64,000 nt of DNA from Poseidonia sp. (GTDB lineage Archaea > Thermoplasmatota > Poseidoniia > Poseidoniales > Poseidoniaceae): contig JBMZXF010000003.1 in the NCBI GenBank assembly GCA_049627345.1, forward strand, positions 12,719 to 76,718, given 5' to 3'. Below are positions 19,208 to 27,542 of this stretch, piece after piece. The position numbers and the translations under genes are program-made. The notes beneath the pieces are model-generated. The model saw nothing but the letters and a program-made list of their open reading frames with translations. It had not been told where the DNA came from and made no database searches. Numbering within the stretch: position 1 is the stretch's first letter; each line of letters begins with the position of its first letter.

Positions 19208-19628
19208 CTCCTCGATTGGGTTCCGTGAAGCGGTCAATCGTGACCGACTTCCCTTGACGCTTCCACTGAGCGAGCAGCTGGTTGAGCAACGTGTCGTGCT
19301 CCGCATCAGAAATGCCGAGCCGGCGGCGCTCTTCCCAGAGCAGAAGTTGCTCGGTGCGGGTGAGAAGGGCATCCCGGAGGTAGAGTTCGAGGGTGCGCCG
19401 GTAAGCGTCGCGGTCGGAGATGGCGTAAACGATCGAGTCGCCGGGGACCTGGTCGGCCCTGTTTTGAATCATGTTGCCGAGCATCAGCGCTTCATCGTAA
19501 CTCAGGAGCCGCTTGTCAAGGTCGGTTTGAATGGTGCTGGCGATTTCCTGAAGGGCGTATTTCGTGTCAGCACGCTGTATTTTTTTGAAATGACGCCGCG
19601 CTCGCCTAGACATACGTGCGCCGACCAT
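19191..19628 (-). CDS. Hypothetical small helical protein with basic N-terminus, first gene of the minus-strand block
   Basis: MVGARMSRRARRHFKKIQRADTKY then helical segments (LSYDEALMLGNMIQ, LTRTEQLLLWEERRRLGISDAEHDTLLNQLL). Its 3' end overlaps the start region of the giant gene. Start is ATG 19628 or 19613; the track start 19706 lies in the AT-rich promoter region. No family assigned. Confidence 0.5.
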   Translation of the reverse strand: MVGARMSRRARRHFKKIQRADTKYALQEIASTIQTDLDKRLLSYDEALMLGNMIQNRADQVPGDSIVYAISDRDAYRRTLELYLRDALLTRTEQLLLWEERRRLGISDAEHDTLLNQLLAQWKRQGKSVTIDRFTEPNRGGADPV

Positions 19629-19690
19629 AGGTGTCTTGTCGCACTGGCAGTTATTCAAAGAATCGGTCGCAACCCCATGAATCACCCGGG

Positions 19691-19710
19691 ATGAATGTAT
19701 TTTCATTCAT
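19691..19710. promoter_or_regulatory. Palindrome ATGAATG-N6-CATTCAT in the AT-rich divergent intergenic region
   Basis: Read directly: atgaatg tatttt cattcat. Lies between the minus-strand block head (19628) and bcp (19815). Confidence 0.35.
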
Positions 19711-19814
19711 CTTGAATAATCGCCTGACAGGAGGGACATCCCACCTGAATGAAGCCTGATTTTGTATCAAAAATCAAAGCAATGGCTTTAGTGGCCAGCC
19801 CCAGAGTTCAACGC

Positions 19815-20300
19815 ATGAGCGAAACGGTTGTACTCAGCGCTGGCGACACCGCCCCGGCCTTCACGGCCACGGACGAACACGGAAACGAACACAGTCTGCA
19901 AGCCTACCTTGACGAAGGAAAAAGCGTCATCCTTTACTTCTACCCGAAAGACTCCACGCCCGGCTGTACCACACAGGCCTGCGACTTCCGGGACAACATG
20001 GGTCGCCTCAACGGCGAGTCCTATGTGGTCTTGGGCGTCTCAAAGGACTCCGCCAAATCCCACCAGCGCTTCGTTGAGAAACAGGAACTGAATTTCCCGC
20101 TGCTGGTCGATGAAGACCTCGCCCTTCACAACGCCTTCGGGACATGGCGTCTCAAGATGAACTACGGTCGAGAATACATGGGGTGCGCCCGTTCCACCTT
20201 CGTGATCAGCCCCGACGGGACCCTCGCCTGGTGCCGCTACAACGTCAAGGCCAAGGGCCATGTTGGCATGCTGATGCGAGAACTTGGCCTGGGTGAATGA
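19815..20300 (+). CDS. bcp: Thiol peroxidase / peroxiredoxin, Bcp type
   Basis: FYPKDSTPGCTTQACDFRD is the Bcp active-site motif. ATG 19815 (MSETVVLSAGDTAPAF) gives a normal ~161-aa protein. Confidence 0.85.
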   Translation: MSETVVLSAGDTAPAFTATDEHGNEHSLQAYLDEGKSVILYFYPKDSTPGCTTQACDFRDNMGRLNGESYVVLGVSKDSAKSHQRFVEKQELNFPLLVDEDLALHNAFGTWRLKMNYGREYMGCARSTFVISPDGTLAWCRYNVKAKGHVGMLMRELGLGE

Positions 20301-20790
20301 GGCGAGCGGCATGGACGACCTGCCGCTGACGGGCCAGCGCGTGGACCTCGGCGGGAGCGTTGCTTGGTGGCCCTGCCACATTGGGAAGGACGCCGTCATC
20401 GGTTCAGGTTCCTCCGTCGGTGCCCTCGCTCACATTGGCCAGCGCGTCATCATGGGCGAAGGGTGCAAGGTCCAAGGAAGCGCCTACATCGCTGACGACT
20501 GCCACCTCGGCGACCGTGTGTTCATCGGGCCTGCGGCCGTCATCCTCAACGACAAGTACCCGCCCTCCAACGACCGAGGAAAGTGGCAACCGGTTCACAT
20601 TGGCGATGAAGCCGTCATCGGCGGCAACGCCACCATCGTCCCGGGCAACAACGTCGGTGAGCGAGCCGTCCTCGCCGCCGGTGCCGTGTTGACCCGCCCG
20701 CTCCCCGCGGGCGAGGTATGGGGAGGGAACCCGGCTGTTTTCCTGATGACCCGAGAGGACTATGAAGCACGGCGGGAGGCAAGGACATGA
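20284..20790 (+). CDS. Left-handed beta-helix (hexapeptide-repeat) acyl/acetyltransferase
   Basis: Successive hexapeptide repeats (IGSGSSVGALAHIGQRVIMGEGCKVQGSAYIADDCHLGDRVFIGPAAVI ... IGGNATIVPGNNVGERAVLAAGAVL). Overlaps the bcp stop; start could be ATG 20311. Confidence 0.75.
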   Translation: MAWVNEASGMDDLPLTGQRVDLGGSVAWWPCHIGKDAVIGSGSSVGALAHIGQRVIMGEGCKVQGSAYIADDCHLGDRVFIGPAAVILNDKYPPSNDRGKWQPVHIGDEAVIGGNATIVPGNNVGERAVLAAGAVLTRPLPAGEVWGGNPAVFLMTREDYEARREART

Positions 20791-21596
20791 CCGATGAACG
20801 CACAGCGGTGGCAGCCTTCCTTCGCAAGTGCAACGACTACGCCAGGGCCTCCATTGAACGGAAGCAAGCCCGTGGGGAACTCGAGGAGGTCCCTCGGTGG
20901 GAAGCCTACATCGAATTCAACGAACATGCCCTCGAAGAAATCGCCAACGGCACCCTCGACCGCTGGTTCGAGCCCACGGCCACGCATCAACCGCCCCTGC
21001 TTCGCCTTGACATCGATGCCATGGAGCACGTCGAGCGCAGCACATGGCTCAACAGCGTGCTCTCGCCTCGCCCCGTGGTGGTCGCCGGCTCACACGATGA
21101 GGAAGGTGGGCGAAATTTTGCGCCCCTGTCGTCGGTCATGCAGGTCTCCACCGCCCCACCTTACCTGACCGCCTCCTTTTCCATCCACAAGGACAAGCGC
21201 CCGAGGGACACGCTCCGCAACCTCCGAGCCACTGGAAAGATCGTGCTCAACATGATGCCACCCACGCCTCGCGGCGCCTTCATCGTCGACGAAACGGCCA
21301 CGCCCCTGCCCCAAGGCGAGGACGAAGGGGGACTGCTCGAATTGCCAACCGTGGCCGACCAGCCGTTGCTCATCGAGGAAGCCGTGGCCGCCATCGAAGC
21401 CAGCTACGTTGAGGAGCATCCACTCCCCGACGCCGTAGCGACCCTCGTGGTGCTCAAGGTGGAGGCCGTTTGGTTCTCCTCTTCCACCCTTCCAAGCGGA
21501 GGGCTTGACGTGTTGTGCCAGCACGGGCGAGACGACATGACGCCCTCGCCGCAAGGCTGGACACAGCGGGTGCTCAAGCACTACGGCCCAGCCTGA
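20787..21596 (+). CDS. Flavin-reductase-like (FMN-binding split-barrel) domain protein with N-terminal helical extension
   Basis: ATGA overlap with the upstream gene. RPVVVAGSHDEEGGRNFAPLSSVMQVSTAPPYLTASF resembles the flavin reductase-like domain core. Assignment is moderate. Confidence 0.55.
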   Translation: MTDERTAVAAFLRKCNDYARASIERKQARGELEEVPRWEAYIEFNEHALEEIANGTLDRWFEPTATHQPPLLRLDIDAMEHVERSTWLNSVLSPRPVVVAGSHDEEGGRNFAPLSSVMQVSTAPPYLTASFSIHKDKRPRDTLRNLRATGKIVLNMMPPTPRGAFIVDETATPLPQGEDEGGLLELPTVADQPLLIEEAVAAIEASYVEEHPLPDAVATLVVLKVEAVWFSSSTLPSGGLDVLCQHGRDDMTPSPQGWTQRVLKHYGPA

Positions 21597-22561
21597 AGGG
21601 CGTTCCAAACTCGCTGCAAACCGTCTTCGAGCGAGACCTTGCAGGACCAACCGAGCAACCCTTCAGCGGCGCTGGTGTCGGGCAGCCGTCGTTTTGAATC
21701 CCCGAAATAGCCGCCACCCAACACGCAATCCACGGCCATGGAGCCGACGGTTCGGTTGACGGCCTCGGCCAGCGAACGAATGCTGACCTCCTCGTGCGAG
21801 CCAACGTTGAAACTGCGTCCGCTCAGCGAAGCGCCGTCCAAGGCAGCGTCCATCTGCCCGGCCCGGTAAAACCCGTCCACGATGTCGTCGATGTAGGTGA
21901 GGCTCCGAGTTTGGCTGCCGTCACCGTGAACGGTCATGGGTTGCTGCTGGCGAACCGCCTGGAAGAACATCCCGACCACTTGGCCGTAGGCGTCGCCGAG
22001 CATGTCCACGCCGTAGGCGTTGAACGGTCGCACGATGCGTCCGTCCAGACCCTTTGACACGGCGTGATGAAGCGCCACCTCGTCGAGGTACTTGCTCGCC
22101 CCGTAGGAAAATCGCTGGTGGTCAGCGGCCGAGGGGAACTGACTCGTGTCTTGGTCGCCAAGCGGCATGCGTTCGTTTTCCCCGAAGGCTTCCGGCGATG
22201 AGGCCAGCACAAAGCGCGCTTTCCACGCGAGGGCTTGACGCAGCGCCACCAGCGTGCCGTTCACGTTGACGTCGATGACCTCCATGGCCGCTTCGTGAAA
22301 CCATTTTGTGCCGTTGATGGCGGCCAGATGATGGACCAGATCGACGCCACCCAGCGCATCGTGGCAGCGCTGAAGGTCGTCAGCCCGGACCACGTCCCCC
22401 TCGATCACGGTCAACGAAGGGTGGGTGCTGACGGACGAAAGGTTGGCCATCGAGCCTCGCCAAAAGTTGTCGAGCACGGCAACGGTGTGCCCTTCATCCA
22501 AGAGCCGGCGAACAAGGGCAGCGCCGATGAAGCCCGCTCCACCCGTGACGATGACGCGCAT
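21581..22561 (-). CDS. NAD-dependent sugar epimerase/dehydratase (extended SDR)
   Basis: MRVIVTGGAGFIGAALVRRLLDEGH Rossmann motif and YGASK catalytic YxxxK. ATG 22561 lies 2 nt after the AcnX stop. The track ORF extends to 22654, which I reject. Confidence 0.85.
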   Translation of the reverse strand: MRVIVTGGAGFIGAALVRRLLDEGHTVAVLDNFWRGSMANLSSVSTHPSLTVIEGDVVRADDLQRCHDALGGVDLVHHLAAINGTKWFHEAAMEVIDVNVNGTLVALRQALAWKARFVLASSPEAFGENERMPLGDQDTSQFPSAADHQRFSYGASKYLDEVALHHAVSKGLDGRIVRPFNAYGVDMLGDAYGQVVGMFFQAVRQQQPMTVHGDGSQTRSLTYIDDIVDGFYRAGQMDAALDGASLSGRSFNVGSHEEVSIRSLAEAVNRTVGSMAVDCVLGGGYFGDSKRRLPDTSAAEGLLGWSCKVSLEDGLQRVWNALQAGP

Positions 22562-22563
22562 GC

Positions 22564-24339
22564 TCACGGCTGGACACGCTCCAGAACCTCCAACTCTACA
22601 CCGGAGGATGTTCGGCGGAATTCGACGGTATCGCCGGTGTTGACGGTCATGCACGGGTCAGCGTCAAAGCCGTGGCCGTAGGGCAGGCCGAGCAGGGAGC
22701 AAGCGGGAAGGGTCAGTGGGCAGATGTCTCGGTTCACCACGGCCTTTGGGCCCTTTTCGGTGTAGATGAGCCCCATCAGAACATACGGTGCCACCGTCGA
22801 GCCGGAGCCTTTGGGATAGACGAGGATCGTGTCCTCAATCGCTACGCCGTCCAGCGGATGGCCCGGCTCCTCAATGACGCCGGTGTCCCGGTTCACGTAG
22901 CCGAGGTAGGTGATGGGGACGTCGGTGACGAGGGCACGACCGCGCACCGTAAAGTCAGCCTGAGAGCGCAAACCAGACCCGGAAAGCAGCGCCTCACCGG
23001 TACGATGGGTCTTGGAGGAGGCGTGCTGCGGCTGAGCCTTGGGGTTGAGCACGGGAACGGGGCCTTGGGCCAGGGACGGGTCGATGGCGTGAGCAACACA
23101 GGCTTCGATGGGCATCACGGACGTGGGCAGTCGGTTCAGTCCGCTGGTCAGGTAGTGTTCCGCCTTGAGCGAGTTCGTGAGCAGGTGGTTGTACTTCGAC
23201 CGATTGTAGGGCGTGACCTCCGGGCAGGTGTCCTTGAGCAACAACGCTCCGCCTTCCTCCAACAGTTCGATGGTGCCGTCCGCTTCGGCCAAGGCGTAAT
23301 TTTCCCCGCTCGTGAACACCCAGAGCCGGTGGTCGGGAACCCGACGCCCCATTTCCATGTGCGAGCGAAGGGCTGAGGCCGTGATGCGAAGTTCTTCCAA
23401 ACTGGCTTGGGGACATCCGATGACCACCAGGTCGACTTGCCCTTGAGGGGCGAGGTCGGCGTAACGCTGGTCCAAATCGGCCTGCGTAAAGGTCAGCGAG
23501 CCCTGCCAGCCACCTGGGGGCGGTGCGACCGCCCCGTCGCCGTTCACGTCCAAAGGAGGAGCGACCGTGTGACCTTCCGCCCACAGCATGGCACAGCCGT
23601 AGTTGGCTGCAGCAGCCGTCAAGGCTTTCTTTGAGGCAAAGGACATGAAGTCGGGCAACCCCGTGATGTAGGGCATGGGGCCGTAGGGCATGTTCCATTC
23701 CGGACGGACCTGCTTGCCCATCCAGTCCCCCAACACCGACCAGTCGGACAGGTGGTTCATCTCGCAGTCAACATGAACGTGCATGTTGGGCACGCGGTGT
23801 TCGGTCAGATGAAGCCCCCAGCGCGGTGCAAAACCGGTCAGAGCCGTGGCCAACGCCGACAAGCCAGATTCACGGTTGGTGATGAGCGACGTCCAGGTGT
23901 TGGAAAAACAAACGGCGTTGGATTCCGCCCACGTGGCGATGCCGGTCTCGTTCTCGATGCCCCGGTCGTAGGGCGTGCACGACAAGGTAGCATCGATGCC
24001 CAGGCGTTCGTAGGCCTGAACGATCTCAAATTGCTGCTCGAGAAAATCGGGCCACTCGATGTCCATCTCTTCCATTTTTTCACGGTCGCATCCTGCGGAG
24101 TTCAGCGTGGTCGGGATGGCCACGTGGCCGTCACCGTCCGCCGAGAGGTCCTGCAAGAAGCGGCGAAGGCCGTGGCCACCGGTGATGACGGAAACGCCGG
24201 AAACGTGAGCGTGAACCGCTTCCAAGTAGCCCTCGGCCTTGGCCGTGTCCGCCAAATCAATGACCAGGCGGGCCGCCTTCTGGCGCGTGTTGCCCTCGTG
24301 CCCGGCCAGTTGGTCAAGCAGGCGTTGAGGTGGCTCCAT
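22564..24339 (-). CDS. Aconitase X family protein, fused catalytic (DUF521) and swivel (DUF126) domains
   Basis: N-terminal AHVSGVSVITGGHGLRRFLQDL...IPTTLNSAGCD...TLSCTPYD matches the AcnX large-subunit pattern. C-terminal VRGRALVTDVPITYLGYVNRDTGVIEEPGHPLDGVAIEDTILVYPKGSGSTVAPYVL matches the small (swivel) subunit pattern. Confidence 0.8.
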   Translation of the reverse strand: MEPPQRLLDQLAGHEGNTRQKAARLVIDLADTAKAEGYLEAVHAHVSGVSVITGGHGLRRFLQDLSADGDGHVAIPTTLNSAGCDREKMEEMDIEWPDFLEQQFEIVQAYERLGIDATLSCTPYDRGIENETGIATWAESNAVCFSNTWTSLITNRESGLSALATALTGFAPRWGLHLTEHRVPNMHVHVDCEMNHLSDWSVLGDWMGKQVRPEWNMPYGPMPYITGLPDFMSFASKKALTAAAANYGCAMLWAEGHTVAPPLDVNGDGAVAPPPGGWQGSLTFTQADLDQRYADLAPQGQVDLVVIGCPQASLEELRITASALRSHMEMGRRVPDHRLWVFTSGENYALAEADGTIELLEEGGALLLKDTCPEVTPYNRSKYNHLLTNSLKAEHYLTSGLNRLPTSVMPIEACVAHAIDPSLAQGPVPVLNPKAQPQHASSKTHRTGEALLSGSGLRSQADFTVRGRALVTDVPITYLGYVNRDTGVIEEPGHPLDGVAIEDTILVYPKGSGSTVAPYVLMGLIYTEKGPKAVVNRDICPLTLPACSLLGLPYGHGFDADPCMTVNTGDTVEFRRTSSGVELEVLERVQP

Positions 24340-24523
24340 GGCCTCGCCATCGGTTGAAGCCTCATGAACTCACCCCTCGGCACCATCCCCGCCAGCAGCC
24401 CTGCCCACCTTCTGTCTCCCTTCGGCGTGGATGAAGAAGCAAACTCCGGTGTGTTTTCAACAACGCTCCACGAGAACATGACCGGCGGTAGATTAAGAAC
24501 GATTGAGGCCGGTGTATCGGTTC

Positions 24524-26650
24524 ATGCAAACAACTGCAGGGAACGAATCAAATCGGCCAGAACATGAAGACCAAAGCGAGCAAAACACACCGGACCATCC
24601 GCCGCACCGTCATCGACGTTGGCTGGCCGTCGTCCAAACCCTGACGCTTGTCACCGTCCTCCTGCTCGCCACCTACAACCACGCCCTCATCGGCGCAGCC
24701 CCCGAGAAGACCACCGCCACGCCATGGCTCGTTGAGTCCGAGCCTTTCGACCCCGTCGCTCCGTGCAACCAAGGCGGCTACTACATTCACACGGGCTTTG
24801 ACATCAACGGCAACGACGTCCTCGATGAAGGTGAACGCCAGGACACCACCTCCATCTGCCACGGTTTGCGCGGTTTGTCGGGCCCGCAGGGTCAAGCCGG
24901 TGATTCGGGTGAACACGCCCCGATTCAACTCGTCTCCATCGAAGCGGTCTCGCCGCAGGGCAGCACCTGCCCGGAGGGCGGGATGACGATGCACAGCGGC
25001 CTTGACCTCAACGAAAACGATGTCCTTGAGGAGGACGAAATCATCTCGCAGGCCACGCTGTGCAACGGCATCGTCGGACGGGACGGGGACAACGGCACCC
25101 ACGGTCTTAACGGAACCCAGGGTGCTGGTGCGCTGGTGGACAAGGTGGTCGCACCCTCCTACATCTGCGCCGACGGTTTCGTGGTGCGATTCGGGGTGGA
25201 CGACGGCACCGGTCAAGGTGTTGCCAACAACGACGTGTTGGAGGTCGATGAGGTGCGTGAGACCCTGAATTTCTGCTTCGAACCCCTCCGTTCCGAGCGT
25301 GTGACAGATCTCCTAACCGGGATTGGGGATTCGTATGACGCTAATTGCGACGCTGCCGTCTGGGCCGACGGCCTCGAAGGGTTGGTCTTTGCTGGAAACG
25401 ATGGAACCAACGGCTGTGAACTGCACCTCCATCGCCCCGGCCTCAACGAGACCACGATGGTCGTCAACCTCCACCCCAACGGCGACGCCATGCCCGGTCG
25501 CGACCTCGGACTTCACGCCATCAACGGTGGAACACGGGTGCTCTTCGATGCCACCGACGGTGCCAACGGCCGGCAGTTGTGGGTCAGCGACGGGACCGAA
25601 AACGGAACGAAAGCCCTCGGACCGGTCGAAGCCGTCGCTCCACGGCCGTGGGCGGACGGGCTGCTGTTCCGCTCCCCCACGAACGACCTGTTGTGGACCA
25701 ACGGCAGCGATCTGCGAACGTGGACCGCATTGCCCGTTTGGACCACGGCTCAGCAGCAAGCCGTGGTCGCCAACCTCTCAGGCCTGAGCCAGTTCGGTCA
25801 AGCATGGCTCCATACCGACCAGCATGCCGTGTGGTTCAGCGCTTCGGACACCAACGGCGATGTCGAGCCCTACCGCCTGGAGGTGGACGGGACCGTGACC
25901 GCATGGTCTGTCAATGCGTTTGGCAGCTCACAACTGAGCAGCCTGTTGACGGTTGGAAACGACGTGCTGGCCGCCGCATCACGGGGCGGTGTCAAACAGG
26001 TGCTGCGCCTTCACGACAACGGCACGCACGCGTGGGTCACCTCGATTTCACCGGCCTCGGGCGACACCCGGTTGGGCGAAGGGATGGGTCTGCATCTCAT
26101 CGGAGACAACCTCATCTTCGACGCTGAAACCGTTGCAGGCGAGCCGCGGTTGTGGACCAGCAACCTGGCCAACGGCATCACGTTGCAGCTCAGTTCCAGC
26201 ATCCTTGCCCCGGGTGCTCAAGTGAGCGTCGCCAACACCGGCACTCGGTTGATGTTTGATTGCCTGACCGCCAGCACCGGCCTGGAGACCTGCATGACGG
26301 ACGGAACACCACAGGGAAGCCGGGTCGTTCACGACTTGACCCCCGGATTGATGTCGTCGGACGTGCGCGCCATCGCCCCCGTTGGCGACGGGTGGTTGGT
26401 GGTCAGCGACGGCATGATCAACGGTTCTGCGCAAGGTGTGTCCTTGTGGGTGGTCGAAGGCGAGGCCATGCGACCGGCCTACAACCCCTGGACCGGTAGC
26501 GGCAATTCTTCGGCGGCGCTGACTTACGGCCAACTCGTCGTCGGACCCACCCAAGCATGGATGATCGCTCATGACGGCGTTCACGGCCACGAATGGCACC
26601 GGTGGAGCCACGGTGAACTGTCCGACGATTGGATCGTCATTCGTCGTTGA
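24524..26650 (+). CDS. Secreted/anchored protein: three Cys-bounded Asp-rich repeats with collagen-like G-X-Y runs, then ELWxxDGT-type repeats
   Basis: Signal-anchor WLAVVQTLTLVTVLLLATY. Repeats GFDINGNDVLDEGE / GLDLNENDVLEEDE / GVANNDVLEVDE. RQLWVSDGTENGTK and PRLWTSNLANG match the ELWxxDGT repeat idea. Start is 24503 or ATG 24524. Confidence 0.75.
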   Translation: MQTTAGNESNRPEHEDQSEQNTPDHPPHRHRRWLAVVQTLTLVTVLLLATYNHALIGAAPEKTTATPWLVESEPFDPVAPCNQGGYYIHTGFDINGNDVLDEGERQDTTSICHGLRGLSGPQGQAGDSGEHAPIQLVSIEAVSPQGSTCPEGGMTMHSGLDLNENDVLEEDEIISQATLCNGIVGRDGDNGTHGLNGTQGAGALVDKVVAPSYICADGFVVRFGVDDGTGQGVANNDVLEVDEVRETLNFCFEPLRSERVTDLLTGIGDSYDANCDAAVWADGLEGLVFAGNDGTNGCELHLHRPGLNETTMVVNLHPNGDAMPGRDLGLHAINGGTRVLFDATDGANGRQLWVSDGTENGTKALGPVEAVAPRPWADGLLFRSPTNDLLWTNGSDLRTWTALPVWTTAQQQAVVANLSGLSQFGQAWLHTDQHAVWFSASDTNGDVEPYRLEVDGTVTAWSVNAFGSSQLSSLLTVGNDVLAAASRGGVKQVLRLHDNGTHAWVTSISPASGDTRLGEGMGLHLIGDNLIFDAETVAGEPRLWTSNLANGITLQLSSSILAPGAQVSVANTGTRLMFDCLTASTGLETCMTDGTPQGSRVVHDLTPGLMSSDVRAIAPVGDGWLVVSDGMINGSAQGVSLWVVEGEAMRPAYNPWTGSGNSSAALTYGQLVVGPTQAWMIAHDGVHGHEWHRWSHGELSDDWIVIRR

Positions 26651-27542
26651 GCGGCACCATGTTGCCCCGGTCGATGCAGTACGAACACGACGAACCAATG
26701 ACATAGTCGGGGGATTGTTGTTCTTGGACCGAAAGGGGTTCTCGGCAAGCAAAGCAGACCACGACCTCGGTCTCTTCGAGCGCAGGATTCACGGCCACGC
26801 GCTGGTCGAACACGAAGCAGTCGCCGTCCCAGTGGTCACCCCCGACCTCTTCGAAGTAGCCCAGGATGCCACCCTTGAGTTGTTTGACGTTGGTAAAGCC
26901 GGCCTCCAGCATGATGGCGCTGGCCTTTTCGCATCGGATACCGCCCGTGCAAAACATCACGACCGGCTCGTCCTTCATCGTGTCAGGCAGCCGGGCGATG
27001 GCCTCTGGAAAGGCACGGAAGGTACGGATGTTCAGGTCGATGGCGTTGTCGAAGGTGCCCACGCGCAATTCGTAATCGTTCCTCGTGTCGAGGACGTGAA
27101 CGTGCTCGCCTCGGTCGAGCATGGCCTTGAAGGCCCGAGGTTCAATTTCTGGACCGGTGAAGTTTGCCGGGTTGATGTGGTCCAAGCCCACGGAGATGAT
27201 CTCGTTCTTCTTTCGAACGTTCATGCGGTTGAAGGGCTGGTAGTCGGTCAGGGAGGTCTTCAGCGGGATCCCGCGAAATCGCTCGTCCTGTTCGAGGTAG
27301 GCCGTGAAGCCCTCAATCGCTGCCTGAGGACCGGCGAGGAAGAAATTGATGCCCTCGGGCGCAAGAAGCACCGTTCCTTTGAGGCCGAGGTCGGTGCAGA
27401 GGCTTCTCAAGACCGCTTGCAAACGATCTCGGTCGTCGATGGCGACGAAGCGATACCCTGCGACGTTCACGATGTGGCCGGGCACAAGGCGGCCTGCGAC
27501 CCCGACTTCTTGAGGCCACCGTCGTCGGTTCAACGACGCCAA
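26637..27542 (-). CDS. trhO: Rhodanese-domain tRNA uridine(34) hydroxylase (UPF0176/YceA family)
   Basis: VVMFCTGGIRCEKASAIM is the family's active-site loop. N-terminal VNVAGYRFVAIDD and a C-terminal Cys-rich tail (CFACREPL...CSYC). Confidence 0.8.
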   Translation of the reverse strand: MASLNRRRWPQEVGVAGRLVPGHIVNVAGYRFVAIDDRDRLQAVLRSLCTDLGLKGTVLLAPEGINFFLAGPQAAIEGFTAYLEQDERFRGIPLKTSLTDYQPFNRMNVRKKNEIISVGLDHINPANFTGPEIEPRAFKAMLDRGEHVHVLDTRNDYELRVGTFDNAIDLNIRTFRAFPEAIARLPDTMKDEPVVMFCTGGIRCEKASAIMLEAGFTNVKQLKGGILGYFEEVGGDHWDGDCFVFDQRVAVNPALEETEVVVCFACREPLSVQEQQSPDYVIGSSCSYCIDRGNMVPLNDE

